Shown: piece after piece, positions 1 to 8,572 of the stretch
Numbering within the stretch: the stretch's first letter is position 1
Layout of the letters: the number at the start of each line of letters is the position of its first letter
DNA from: a virus
IMG/VR virus record: IMGVR_UViG_3300032770_000003
Coordinates: 1-64,000 of that record
DNA length: 64,000 bases
Reading direction: 5' to 3' (one strand)
Position numbers and translations under genes: made by a program
The notes under the pieces: model-generated
Told to the model about the DNA's origin: nothing
Databases searched by the model: none
Seen by the model: the letters and a program-made list of their open reading frames with translations, nothing else

Positions 1-52
1 CCAAGTTCCAAGGAGCTGAGGGGAAGACCCCCCCCCCCAGCCCCAAACCCTG

Positions 53-457
53 CTAGCGGCGCAGGTATTCCGCGCCGTAGAGCCCGCAGCCGTAACTCTT
101 GAAATCCTGAGTGTAAATCGTGCCGCGGGGATGCTGCGCCTGAGATTTCCAGCTGCTCGCCTTGAAGACAAGCCCGGTGGCTTTCTCGACGAAGCAGTAC
201 ACGCTTCGACCGCCGGAGTAGGAACGGATGAAGATCCGCACATACCGCTGGCCGTTCGGGTCGATGTGAAGCTGCCACTCGTTCGTGTCCAGCAGGTTGG
301 GCGTGTGCTTGGCGTAGTGCGCCTTGCGGTACTGCGACATGGTCTCGACGAAGCGCGCCAGGGCGGCTTCGAACGTCTCGGCCTTGGCAGCGGGTTCGGG
401 GGCAAGTTCGGGCAACTCGATCGTTTCCAGTTCCAGTTCCAGTTCCATCTTTTCCAT
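53..457 (-). CDS. conserved phage hypothetical protein
   Basis: ORF trimmed to the ATG after an AAAGGAG RBS; follows the repeated motif; C-terminal SVYCFVEK...FKASSWK...PRG resembles a common phage family. Confidence 0.7.
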   Translation of the reverse strand: MEKMELELELETIELPELAPEPAAKAETFEAALARFVETMSQYRKAHYAKHTPNLLDTNEWQLHIDPNGQRYVRIFIRSYSGGRSVYCFVEKATGLVFKASSWKSQAQHPRGTIYTQDFKSYGCGLYGAEYLRR

Positions 458-476
458 TGTCTCAGCTCCTTTCGCT

Positions 477-500
477 GAGAGGTCGATCTGCACAGAAGTC
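477..500 (-). promoter_or_regulatory. conserved intergenic motif copy 1 (minus strand CTTCTGTGYRGATCGACCTC)
   Basis: gagaggtcgatctgcacagaagtc, between a stop codon and the next RBS. Confidence 0.75.
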
Positions 501-813
501 AGTCGGCCACCGCGTCGGTGTAGCAGCGAATCCCGCGCTCGTTGAGCACCTTCGCGAAGGCGTCGGACTTACCCAGCGCCCGCCCGTCGGCGTTGTCGTA
601 GCCGATGTAGATGGCGTTTCCTGTAGTTCCGTAGGCTTCTTTGAGGAACATCAGCCCCACTTCCTTACAGGCGGCAGCGATGAGCTTCAGCTCCGGCTTG
701 GGTGCGCTCACCACCACGTAGGCGCGCCCACAACCGGACGCGCGAGCGGGAGTGTAGGGAGCCGCGTTGGCGGCCTTGAGTGCCTCGACAATCTCAACCA
801 TGCTGCGTGCCAT
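499..813 (-). CDS. hypothetical protein
   Basis: ORF flanked by two motif copies; start MARSMVEIV. Confidence 0.7.
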   Translation of the reverse strand: MARSMVEIVEALKAANAAPYTPARASGCGRAYVVVSAPKPELKLIAAACKEVGLMFLKEAYGTTGNAIYIGYDNADGRALGKSDAFAKVLNERGIRCYTDAVAD

Positions 814-849
814 CTTCGAACCCTCACTTTCCTTTCTGACTCTCACGAT

Positions 850-873
850 GAGAGGTCGATCCGCACAGAAGTC
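850..873 (-). promoter_or_regulatory. conserved motif copy 2
   Basis: gagaggtcgatccgcacagaagtc. Confidence 0.75.
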
Positions 874-1069
874 AGAGGAGGATGTCCTCCCGGCGGATGC
901 TGTAGGGCGTCCCGCCCAGGTGGGTACGAGCCCACTCGATGGCCTGGGCCACGGTGGGGAAGGCGCCCCGTTGCAGCGTGGAGAAGGGACCCGTCTCGCG
1001 GTCAGGGTGCCACTCGGTGCGGAACTCGGCGGGGACGTACGGAACCAGGACTGTGTAGTAGGTCTTCAT
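872..1069 (-). CDS. small hypothetical protein
   Basis: GAGGAG RBS then MKTYYTV; flanked by motif copies. Confidence 0.65.
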   Translation of the reverse strand: MKTYYTVLVPYVPAEFRTEWHPDRETGPFSTLQRGAFPTVAQAIEWARTHLGGTPYSIRREDILL

Positions 1070-1109
1070 CGGACTCCTCACTTTCCTCTCTGGCGTTTCC
1101 TCTTACGCT

Positions 1110-1133
1110 GAGAGGTCGATCCGCACAGAAGTC
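1110..1133 (-). promoter_or_regulatory. conserved motif copy 3
   Basis: gagaggtcgatccgcacagaagtc. Confidence 0.75.
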
Positions 1134-1135
1134 AG

Positions 1136-1426
1136 CTACTCGATCTCCCACTCCTGACCACGTTCCTCCCCGCCGCGTGCGAACGTGACCTCCCCCTGAT
1201 CCTCCAGCCAATCGCACTGCTCCGCGAAGGTGAGTGGTGGGCGCGTATCCGGATCGTCGTACACCGGATCCCGGGAAGCGACACACTCACATTCTTCGGT
1301 CTTCCCGCACCTGTTGCACCGATATCGGTCAGCGTGGTTGAAGTAGCTGTCTTCCGCCCATACCCGGATTTCGTCTTCGGTGACGATTCGACGCTCCGGG
1401 TAGATGATCAGCATTTGCCGCTTCAT
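1136..1426 (-). CDS. hypothetical Cys-cluster protein
   Basis: CNRCG...CEC; ATGA overlap with the upstream gene. Confidence 0.6.
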   Translation of the reverse strand: MKRQMLIIYPERRIVTEDEIRVWAEDSYFNHADRYRCNRCGKTEECECVASRDPVYDDPDTRPPLTFAEQCDWLEDQGEVTFARGGEERGQEWEIE

Positions 1427-1908
1427 GGCTTGCCCTTGAGGCAGTAGTTGACCACCGCCTCAGCAGTGCTGTTGAGCCCCCACGCGCGCCCCACGTGGTG
1501 GCCGCAGCCGTTGGGCTGAATGGCCCACAGGTGGTAGGTGGTGTCGGTCTCGCGGTCGATCTGGATCTTGCCATCCTCGATGACCTTCCACTCACCCACC
1601 TTCAGATCCGCCAGCTCTGCCTCGCGCGCCTTGATGAGAGGGCTGAGCAGACCATCTGCGTAGCGAATCTCGGTGTAGGTGTTGCCCCCGAGAAGTGGCT
1701 CTCCGCTCACCTCGCAGGTGCGGGTGCTGTGAACGAGGTCGAGCGCCTCTTTCACCACGGCGTAGGGCACCGCCAAGTCACGAATGGTGGCGGTGACCGC
1801 CACCGAGTAGGTGCAGGGATCCTGGCGCACACTGACCTGCCTGGCGTTGAACCCCTTGCTCTTGAGGAAATCTCGAACCTTCTCAACCTTTTCGCTGGAG
1901 CGTGCCAT
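1423..1908 (-). CDS. hypothetical protein
   Basis: AAGGAGG RBS; follows a motif copy. Confidence 0.7.
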   Translation of the reverse strand: MARSSEKVEKVRDFLKSKGFNARQVSVRQDPCTYSVAVTATIRDLAVPYAVVKEALDLVHSTRTCEVSGEPLLGGNTYTEIRYADGLLSPLIKAREAELADLKVGEWKVIEDGKIQIDRETDTTYHLWAIQPNGCGHHVGRAWGLNSTAEAVVNYCLKGKP

Positions 1909-1928
1909 CGTCGAACCTCCTTACGCAA

Positions 1929-1949
1929 AGAGGTCGATCCGCACAGAAG
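1929..1949 (-). promoter_or_regulatory. conserved motif copy 4
   Basis: agaggtcgatccgcacagaag. Confidence 0.75.
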
Positions 1950-1975
1950 GCGAATCGACCCTCTTCGCGTCCCCC

Positions 1976-2845
1976 TCAGCGGCCCCCCTTGCGCTTGAGC
2001 GCCGACGCCAGCTCTTCGTTGCGCTCGCCCAGCTCCACCAGGGTGGCCTCCCCGAACACCCAGTTGACCAGGGTGCGCTCCCGGGGCGACAGGGCCGCCA
2101 TAGCTTCCTCGCTGCGATACAGGCGCCGCAGGCGCACCAGGGGCGAGTCAGCCCGCTTGGTCTTGCCGGCGGCGACCTGCCCCCCGTTCCCCTCCTCCTC
2201 CTGCGCGCCAGCGGCGGGGGCCGAAGCGATGACCCGCGCGAGCGCCCCCTTCTGCTCCGCCTTGCTGACGTTGGCCAGGTTGCGGACGGCGTCGTGGAAG
2301 GAGAGCTTGCCGGCGCGCACCGCGTCCCGAACCTCGGGGATCAGATCGGCCACCTTGGACCAGATCTTGATGGTCGCGACACCCACCCCCCAGATCCGCG
2401 CCGCCTGCTCCTCGGTGCGGTTGAAGTTGTTGATGTAGCGCAGCGCGTTCTCCGCGTTGGCGATGACGTCGTCATTCTCGCGGTGCGCGTTCGAGATGAT
2501 GTTGGTTTCGAACGTGCTCGCGTCGTCCACCTCGCGGCGCAGGCGAACCTGCACCTCGATGGGCGGCAGGCCCTTGGCAGCGCGCAGCTTGTTCGCTGCG
2601 ATCGCGCCCCGGGTGCGACGCCGGCCCGAGGTCACGACGAACTTGTCGCCGTCCTTGTGGACGATGATGACCTCGATGACGCCCATCGCCACGATGGACT
2701 CGATGAACTCATTGGTCAGCGGACGCTCGACGCGCGGGTCGTACAGCGGGTGATCCTTGTCCGTGATGATCACTAGCTTTTCCGGCGCGATTGTGAACAG
2801 CGTGCCACCCGCACGCGAGGCACCAGGGATTGCGATCTTTGCCAC
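1976..2845 (-). CDS. ParB/Srx N-terminal domain protein with HTH
   Basis: SIVAMGVIEVIIV...VVTSGRRRTRG (ParB GxRR box), NIISNAHRE, HTH-like segment. Confidence 0.75.
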   Translation of the reverse strand: MAKIAIPGASRAGGTLFTIAPEKLVIITDKDHPLYDPRVERPLTNEFIESIVAMGVIEVIIVHKDGDKFVVTSGRRRTRGAIAANKLRAAKGLPPIEVQVRLRREVDDASTFETNIISNAHRENDDVIANAENALRYINNFNRTEEQAARIWGVGVATIKIWSKVADLIPEVRDAVRAGKLSFHDAVRNLANVSKAEQKGALARVIASAPAAGAQEEEGNGGQVAAGKTKRADSPLVRLRRLYRSEEAMAALSPRERTLVNWVFGEATLVELGERNEELASALKRKGGR

Positions 2846-2885
2846 GTTCCGTCTCCTTGTTCGAAGTTTCAGTTCCAGTTGCAGC

Positions 2886-2907
2886 GAGAGGTCGATCTAC
2901 ACAGAAG
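2886..2907 (-). promoter_or_regulatory. conserved motif copy 5 (with adjacent inverted half-site to 2922)
   Basis: gagaggtcgatctacacagaag followed by gagatcgacctctc. Confidence 0.75.
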
Positions 2908-2927
2908 GAGATCGACCTCTCCCGTCT

Positions 2928-3194
2928 TCATTCGGCCTTCTGCAGCGTCTTACCCCAGGGCAACGACCCAGCCCAGGGCAGGCAGACCATGCAGTGGTCG
3001 ATGTGGGCGTTAGTGTGGGCAGCGCCGGTGCAGTCGGCAACCACGTAGTTGGAGTACACCCTACCGTTGACTTCGTGTGCGTAGCCCTTGCGCACCAGAG
3101 CCCGGAGATAGCGACGCTCGACATTCGAATTCTGAGTCAGCGCCACCAGCGCATTGGCTTCCTTGTCCGTCAGAGTCACCTTCTTCGTTTCCAT
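2928..3194 (-). CDS. hypothetical protein
   Basis: AAAGGAG RBS after the motif; His/Cys-rich C-terminus. Confidence 0.6.
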   Translation of the reverse strand: METKKVTLTDKEANALVALTQNSNVERRYLRALVRKGYAHEVNGRVYSNYVVADCTGAAHTNAHIDHCMVCLPWAGSLPWGKTLQKAE

Positions 3195-3212
3195 CTCAGC
3201 TCCTTTCACGCT

Positions 3213-3236
3213 GAGAGGTCGATCTACACAGAAGTC
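3213..3236 (-). promoter_or_regulatory. conserved motif copy 6
   Basis: gagaggtcgatctacacagaagtc. Confidence 0.75.
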
Positions 3237-3239
3237 GAG

Positions 3240-3476
3240 TCAGGGTTTCTCGGCCTGGGCACGACGCCACTGGTCAAAGGCATTCATCAATTCTTTCGCG
3301 TCGATATCGACGGCGACGTCCTGACCGGAGTCAGTGTACCCCAGGAGCTGAATCTGCTTACCGCCGTCGGTCGTGCCGAAATGTAAGCCTCGAACCTGGT
3401 AGTACTTTTCGCTGCCCCGGATGCGCTTGTGCCACACCTTGACCGTGAGGCCGGGCTTCTTGGGTCCCACTCTCAT
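3240..3476 (-). CDS. hypothetical protein
   Basis: ATGA-coupled ORF ending just before a motif copy. Confidence 0.6.
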   Translation of the reverse strand: MRVGPKKPGLTVKVWHKRIRGSEKYYQVRGLHFGTTDGGKQIQLLGYTDSGQDVAVDIDAKELMNAFDQWRRAQAEKP

Positions 3477-3667
3477 CGGAGCCCCTCCTCTGCGAGGTAC
3501 TCCTCAGGGAGCACGTCAGCAAACATACACAGGGCGCGGAGCCGCTCCACAGTGTCCTCTTCGATGACCTGTGTGGTGACCAGCGCCTCAGGAGGGGGAG
3601 TGGTGGCTGTCGGACAGAGCAGCTCAATCGCCTGCTCAATCTCACTTTCTGTGGGTCGCGGTGTCAT
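3473..3667 (-). CDS. hypothetical protein
   Basis: AAAGGAG RBS after the motif. Confidence 0.6.
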   Translation of the reverse strand: MTPRPTESEIEQAIELLCPTATTPPPEALVTTQVIEEDTVERLRALCMFADVLPEEYLAEEGLR

Positions 3668-3690
3668 CTCAGCGTCTCCTTTCTCACGCT

Positions 3691-3714
3691 GAGAGGTCGA
3701 TCCACACAGAAGTC
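3691..3714 (-). promoter_or_regulatory. conserved motif copy 7
   Basis: gagaggtcgatccacacagaagtc. Confidence 0.75.
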
Positions 3715-3716
3715 AG

Positions 3717-3908
3717 TCAGGGTTTCTTGACCGATGCCTCGACGCCGTAGCCGTCGCCTTCCGCAGTCGGGACGACATGGAAGATAATTCTCGTCCCATC
3801 CTCCAGCTCCAGGAACGCAAGCTGGGTGTACGGACCGGTGTTGCCGTCGTAGGCACAGGTCTGACCGACCTTCACGATCCGTTTGCCGAGTACGTCGCGG
3901 GCCCTCAT
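3717..3908 (-). CDS. hypothetical protein
   Basis: ATGA-coupled start MRARDVLGK. Confidence 0.55.
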   Translation of the reverse strand: MRARDVLGKRIVKVGQTCAYDGNTGPYTQLAFLELEDGTRIIFHVVPTAEGDGYGVEASVKKP

Positions 3909-4123
3909 TTGTTCACCACGGTCTTCGTGCGCTTGGCTCTGAGAGCAGCCGCCCGTCTCTGTAACCGCTGAATCACAGCGAGGTACCTTTTTACTTGCTG
4001 GTCCAGCTTGCAAGCGGTGCAGTACTGTTCACACCACTCCCGGGATTCCCATACACGAATCTTCACTTTGCGCACGTAACCGCAACCCTTGCAGGCGCGG
4101 GCCTCGCGCCTGTCGGCGCTCAT
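3905..4123 (-). CDS. small zinc-finger protein
   Basis: CKGC...CTAC; ATGA overlaps at both ends. Confidence 0.6.
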   Translation of the reverse strand: MSADRREARACKGCGYVRKVKIRVWESREWCEQYCTACKLDQQVKRYLAVIQRLQRRAAALRAKRTKTVVNK

Positions 4124-4395
4124 TTGTTCACCGCGTGGTAGATGATCTCACCGAGATTCTCGGCGTAGACCTCTGTGTGCTCTTCGAGCACGATGCGCTC
4201 GTGCGTCTTCCTCTTGAGGCGGTACGCGGTCACCTTGTAGGTGTCACTAGCATCGAGTACGACCTGAATGCGCAGCTCCCTACCGGCGCGGAACTCCACA
4301 CCACTCCGGATGAGTAGCGGCTCACGCGCACCCACAGCCATTTTGGTCGTGAGTGGGATTTGTGACCAGATCGTGGTTCCGACTTGAAGTTCCAT
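4120..4395 (-). CDS. hypothetical protein
   Basis: follows the motif; IQVVLDASDTYKV...EVYAENL resembles a common phage family. Confidence 0.65.
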   Translation of the reverse strand: MELQVGTTIWSQIPLTTKMAVGAREPLLIRSGVEFRAGRELRIQVVLDASDTYKVTAYRLKRKTHERIVLEEHTEVYAENLGEIIYHAVNK

Positions 4396-4415
4396 CTTCA
4401 CACCCCTCGCTTTCG

Positions 4416-4612
4416 CTAAGAGGTCGATCTGCACAGAAAGCCACGCTCGCGATAGAGACTCAAGCTACGAATGTCTTTTTTCGCGATACGTCCCCGCTGA
4501 CGCAACACTACAGCGTAGATCGCTCGACGAAGTGGTCGACGATGCGCTCTCCATTGCGCAGGATCACCAAGACTCGCTTCCCACGATGAACCCCGGTGTG
4601 TCCTAGGCGCAT
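4416..4612 (-). pseudogene. small ORF apparently split by a 1-nt frameshift
   Basis: MRLGHTGVHRGKRVLVILRNGERIVDHFVERSTL* continues in another frame as VLRQRGRIAKKDIRSLSLYRE. Confidence 0.35.
4419..4439 (-). promoter_or_regulatory. conserved motif copy 8
   Basis: agaggtcgatctgcacagaaa. Confidence 0.7.
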
Positions 4613-4616
4613 GGGC

Positions 4617-4802
4617 TCAACGCTTGGGTTGCCGACGTAGGCGGGGGCGCGCCAGAGGGGGACCGGTACGGTCGCGACTGGCGGCGGCGAACTCGTACTC
4701 GGTCTTGAGGCGCTTGCCGTCCCCGCAAAGCAACGTGAGCCGGCACTCCCGGCACTTCATGAAGTGATCCTCGAAGCGTTGATACAGCTCGCGCGGACTC
4801 AT
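4617..4802 (-). CDS. small hypothetical protein
   Basis: ATGA-coupled; HxxxCxxC...C. Confidence 0.5.
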   Translation of the reverse strand: MSPRELYQRFEDHFMKCRECRLTLLCGDGKRLKTEYEFAAASRDRTGPPLARPRLRRQPKR

Positions 4803-5374
4803 GCGTTGTCAACCGTCAAGAAGCTGGCCATCCGCCCAGTAAAGTTGAAGTCCTGGCTCAGTGCCTTGAAATCGCCAAGGTGCCGCTTGCCGTCCACAGT
4901 CTGAATCGGAGCCTGGTAGTGATTGCCCACGCCAACAACAGTCTCGTAGACCAGCATGACCAGCTCTTCGACACCAACTGCGTCCTCCAAGTTCTCCGGC
5001 ATGGCATCGCGGAACTGCTCAGGAGTCATGCCTTCCCGGTAGTAATGCTTTTCTGTGGCTTCCCCAGCGTGCCAAGACTCAGAAGCGAAGACACAGACGG
5101 AGGCTTTGGTGATTCGACACATCCGGCGGATGATGTAGCTGAAGAACTCTTTCGACACATTCGCGTCATTGAATTGGGTGTGGCCCATAAGGACGGTTCC
5201 CGCCGGGGGTGGGCCTAGCCCCAGCGCCGGAATCGCTACGGTTGGCGTGAGGAGGAAAAAGGGATCGACCCTGCCAGTCTCCTCGAACAACGAATGCGCA
5301 TGCTCTTGCGCGAATTTCAATGCTGACTTTGGGTCATCGAGTGTACCAATAGTGAACAGCACCGGTAAGTCCAT
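4799..5374 (-). CDS. hypothetical protein
   Basis: 191-aa ORF with GGGAGG RBS. Confidence 0.7.
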   Translation of the reverse strand: MDLPVLFTIGTLDDPKSALKFAQEHAHSLFEETGRVDPFFLLTPTVAIPALGLGPPPAGTVLMGHTQFNDANVSKEFFSYIIRRMCRITKASVCVFASESWHAGEATEKHYYREGMTPEQFRDAMPENLEDAVGVEELVMLVYETVVGVGNHYQAPIQTVDGKRHLGDFKALSQDFNFTGRMASFLTVDNA

Positions 5375-5398
5375 GGAAGCCTCCCCTCGATTCGTGGT

Positions 5399-5977
5399 CT
5401 ACCAGGTCGCGCGTGCGGCAGCAGCGTTGAGCAGCTCCTGGCGCTGCTTGAGCACGCGTTCGTAGTACGCTCGCTGCTTGCGGATCTTCGCCAGGGCGGT
5501 CTCGGCCCGACGCTGCTTGGTCTGCCAGCTCTTCTCACGCAGCTTGAGCACTTCGAGCTTGCGAAGAGCTTTGGTCTCGGAGTCGATCTTCCGATCCTCT
5601 TCGGAGGGCTCCGGCTTGGGGGGCTCAGGCTCCGGCTGGAGGATCTCCCCTTCGGGGGAAGACGCCAGCTCGGCTTGCGTCTTCACTCCCGGCGGGAGGT
5701 CACGCGGCGTGACCCCAGCGGTCAAGTAGAAGCCGTAACGCAACCAGGCATAGAGCCTGGTCACGGAGAGGTCGCGCTCCGGGAGCGAAAACGTCAGCCG
5801 CCCATGACTCACCTTACTGACGCGGTAGTAGGTGAATCGCACGGTGGACTTGGTGGTTGACCGGAAGGTGACATGGACCTTCTCCAAAGCACCCCGTACG
5901 GAGCACGTAGCGAGCGCTGTCCGCGCGATCGCACGCAACCGGGCCGTAGGGTACCGGGTCTTGTTCTTGAGCTGCAC
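5399..5977 (-). CDS. hypothetical basic protein with C-terminal coiled coil
   Basis: 192-aa ORF in the operon. Confidence 0.65.
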   Translation of the reverse strand: MQLKNKTRYPTARLRAIARTALATCSVRGALEKVHVTFRSTTKSTVRFTYYRVSKVSHGRLTFSLPERDLSVTRLYAWLRYGFYLTAGVTPRDLPPGVKTQAELASSPEGEILQPEPEPPKPEPSEEDRKIDSETKALRKLEVLKLREKSWQTKQRRAETALAKIRKQRAYYERVLKQRQELLNAAAARATW

Positions 5978-5980
5978 AGC

Positions 5981-6157
5981 TCACCCCTGGTCCAGCGCGC
6001 AGGAGACGCAGTAGACCTTGCCGTCCTGCGTCCAGGAGCACCGATCGTTGAGCGCGAGCAGCACCCCACACGCGACGCACGGGGTCGTCTTTTTTTGCCA
6101 CGGCTTCGGTTCCGGGCGTACCAGTACGATGATTTTACACACAGTTCCAAGTCCCAT
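5981..6157 (-). CDS. 58-aa zinc-finger protein (below the ORF-track cutoff)
   Basis: MGLGTVCKII...CVACG...YCVSC; ATG ~4 nt downstream of the motif. Confidence 0.55.
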   Translation of the reverse strand: MGLGTVCKIIVLVRPEPKPWQKKTTPCVACGVLLALNDRCSWTQDGKVYCVSCALDQG

Positions 6158-6161
6158 GACG

Positions 6162-6184
6162 GGAGGTCGATCCGCACAGAAGTC
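6162..6184 (-). promoter_or_regulatory. conserved motif copy 9
   Basis: ggaggtcgatccgcacagaagtc followed by gacctcc inverted half-site. Confidence 0.75.
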
Positions 6185-6276
6185 GACCTCCCCCTGTCCT
6201 ACGTGACCCTACCCCCGCGTAGCTGCCCCAAGCTACTTACTCGACGAACCGTAACTCGAACTTGAGTGTTCCGCAC

Positions 6277-6537
6277 TCATGATTTTCCTTTCTCTAGGTT
6301 TCGCAACACCGCTCCCATCCGCTCTCCGAGCTGGGTGAAGATCTTCAGGTCATTGGGGTCGCGACTGTTGCGGCACGTGACTCGGTGAAAGACCAGCCGC
6401 TCATTCAGCGTGGTCTCGGCCCACATCACAGCGATTGCCACCATCTCCGGAGAGTCCTCGGGCAGCACTTTTTGTGTCCGCAGATCCATGATCGCGGGGC
6501 GACACCCAGGACAATCGTCAGAGAACTCGTGATTCAT
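6277..6537 (-). CDS. hypothetical protein
   Basis: HxxxxxCPGC N-terminus; overlaps the methyltransferase 3' end. Confidence 0.55.
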   Translation of the reverse strand: MNHEFSDDCPGCRPAIMDLRTQKVLPEDSPEMVAIAVMWAETTLNERLVFHRVTCRNSRDPNDLKIFTQLGERMGAVLRNLEKGKS

Positions 6538-7075
6538 CCGGCACCTCATCACCAAAGACCGTCCAACCCGGACGACGTTTGCGCGCGAACACCTCAGCGT
6601 AGGGACCCGCGACTAGCGTTTCAACGATTCGGTAGAACTCGTCAGGCTTGGCACTGTGGATGTATCTCCCAGCTGCATCGACGGGCATCTTCGCCGCGAA
6701 ACGAGAGCGAATGCTTTTCGACTTCAGCTTGACTGACCCACGGACTGCGATGATCGCTGTTTCGTGAGAGGCGCGCACGTAGTGGCCCATACCGAAATGG
6801 GGCTTGCCGTTCTTGGTGAGCTTCTGCCAAACGATCTCGCTCTTGGGGACGAATCCCCACTTGCGCACAACCTGCAGTGCCTCTTCCTGCATGGCCGAAA
6901 CCCGCCACAGGAACAACATGGCGTTGTCTTGCAGCGGTGGCAGCGGAAAGCGGAAGATGTCCTCTAGCTTCATGCAGCGATAGTTCTTGACCGCACCCCG
7001 GGTTTTTCCGGGTAGCGCGTCGTCGAACAACCAGCCGGGATCCACCGACACTACAGCGAAAGGTTTCAACCCCAT
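6518..7075 (-). CDS. MT-A70 family adenine methyltransferase
   Basis: VDPGW (DPPW-like), LFLW, WGF, GMGHYVRASHE, HSAKP, EVFAR..RPGW..FGDE. Confidence 0.9.
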   Translation of the reverse strand: MGLKPFAVVSVDPGWLFDDALPGKTRGAVKNYRCMKLEDIFRFPLPPLQDNAMLFLWRVSAMQEEALQVVRKWGFVPKSEIVWQKLTKNGKPHFGMGHYVRASHETAIIAVRGSVKLKSKSIRSRFAAKMPVDAAGRYIHSAKPDEFYRIVETLVAGPYAEVFARKRRPGWTVFGDEVPDESRVL

Positions 7076-7277
7076 TCCTCTGGTGGAGGGGGTGCGCGAT
7101 GACGACTCATGCGAAACTTCCTGCTGATTCGGCCGGTACGGCGCTCCGCTTTGCTGCGAAGCTTTTTCCAACGGCGGCGACCAAGTGCTACTCCGTGTTG
7201 CCCCTCCGTCTGTCCTTCCCAAGTAGAAGCATGCTCCGTCCGCTTCTCACCCTTACGGCGATGATTCTTTCTTACCA

Positions 7278-8561
7278 TCACAGCCAACGCTTGTCTTGGT
7301 GTGTCGGACCCAAGGATAGCACGCGCACTTCCTTGCGCAGGAGCTTCTGCAGGACGCGCGCATAGTAGTACGGTTGCGCTGGCTTGCTGACCTGATCTAT
7401 CTCGCCGAGACAGGGCACGGCTTGCATCAAGTCGTCAGTCAGGCGCGCCTGATAGTCCAGGTCGTGAGGAACGACCATCAGCTCGTTCACGCGATCGCCG
7501 CGAATCGTGTAGGAGGTCACGATGAGCGAAGGCTCTATCCGATCGAGACAGGTCAATGCCAGGTGGTCGATGTTGCCGTCCGCTGCGAGCGCGTAGCGGG
7601 CCGCTACGAGGTCGAACCAGCCCACGCGGAAATTTCGCTGGTATGGATGCCAGTGGTTGGTGATGTCAGGCAGCGAGAGGTCGCGATCTTCGGCAACGAA
7701 CGGACCAGGACCGTGCCTGGTGGAATAGCCGCGAAGCACACCCATCACCGACCTCTCACCCTGAAAGTCCAGCTCGCGCAAGAGCTGGAGCGCGTTCGCG
7801 GATGTGCACGTACTCCAGGTCGTGTAGGGGTGAAATCCGTAATTCTCGTCGAGCAACACCCCCTGCGCACCCTCGAAGACCACGTCTGAGTCAGACGGCA
7901 GCGAGTGCCACTCACCAATCGTGACTCGTTCCGCGAGGGCAGCAAAGCGATTGGCGATGATCTCGATAAGGCTGTCGTCGTCTTCCAGAATCGCCAGCTC
8001 TGTCGACTTCACTCTCAGCGCGAAGGCTTCTTGCAGCTTCCTCTTTCGGATGGCCTTCAGTTTCTTGGTTACGAGAGCATGATTGGCTAGGTCGTAGGCG
8101 TAGATCCGCTCATGCGGATGCTCGATACTGTCTTGCACAGTCTCGCCGATTCCCATGCCGCAACTACCGTGGCGCTCAGATCCACGGGCCAGCTCCCGCA
8201 ACCTGTTCAGCGCCTGGTGGTAGGGCGTGATCACCAACGCGTGCCCGTCGATGTCAAGTCGCTCAAACGCGTCGGCGATCCCCTGGCTGCGAAGGTGTTC
8301 TTCCTCCTCCAGCGCGGCCGTGGGGTGAAGAATCATGAATCTGGACAGCAGTGTGCGGCATCCAGGAACGAAGGTTCCCGCGCCGAACTGAGAGAAAGAG
8401 TGTGAACGCCCGTCGGGGAGCACAACGGTGTGACCCGCCTGTGCTCCCCCGTTGTAGCGAACGACTAGCTGAGCGCCAGTCTTCCGTACCAGCGCATCCA
8501 CCATCGAGCCCTTGCCCTCATCGCCAAAGCCGAGACCTACGACGATATGTGCTCGGGGCAC
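7278..8561 (-). CDS. adenylosuccinate synthetase-like protein (divergent PurA paralogue)
   Basis: GFGDEGKG, NGGAQAGHTV, GSCGMGIG, FEGAQGVLLD, STRHGPGP. Confidence 0.9.
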   Translation of the reverse strand: MPRAHIVVGLGFGDEGKGSMVDALVRKTGAQLVVRYNGGAQAGHTVVLPDGRSHSFSQFGAGTFVPGCRTLLSRFMILHPTAALEEEEHLRSQGIADAFERLDIDGHALVITPYHQALNRLRELARGSERHGSCGMGIGETVQDSIEHPHERIYAYDLANHALVTKKLKAIRKRKLQEAFALRVKSTELAILEDDDSLIEIIANRFAALAERVTIGEWHSLPSDSDVVFEGAQGVLLDENYGFHPYTTWSTCTSANALQLLRELDFQGERSVMGVLRGYSTRHGPGPFVAEDRDLSLPDITNHWHPYQRNFRVGWFDLVAARYALAADGNIDHLALTCLDRIEPSLIVTSYTIRGDRVNELMVVPHDLDYQARLTDDLMQAVPCLGEIDQVSKPAQPYYYARVLQKLLRKEVRVLSLGPTHQDKRWL

Positions 8562-8572
8562 GAAGGGGGACC

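Noticed and set aside
1811-2776. Long plus-strand ORFs (also 8351-9217, 15512-16717, 35569-36342, 51706-52722)
   Set aside because: Antisense shadows of well-supported minus-strand genes in GC-rich DNA; no motifs or RBS.
477-6184. Repeated motif as a CRISPR array
   Set aside because: Spacing is ~240-1700 bp and filled with intact genes; no cas genes in the window.
7278-8561. PurZ (Z-genome) assignment
   Set aside because: The protein has GDEGKG with the PurA-type Asp rather than the PurZ Ser, and no dATPase or MazZ-like neighbour is recognisable.
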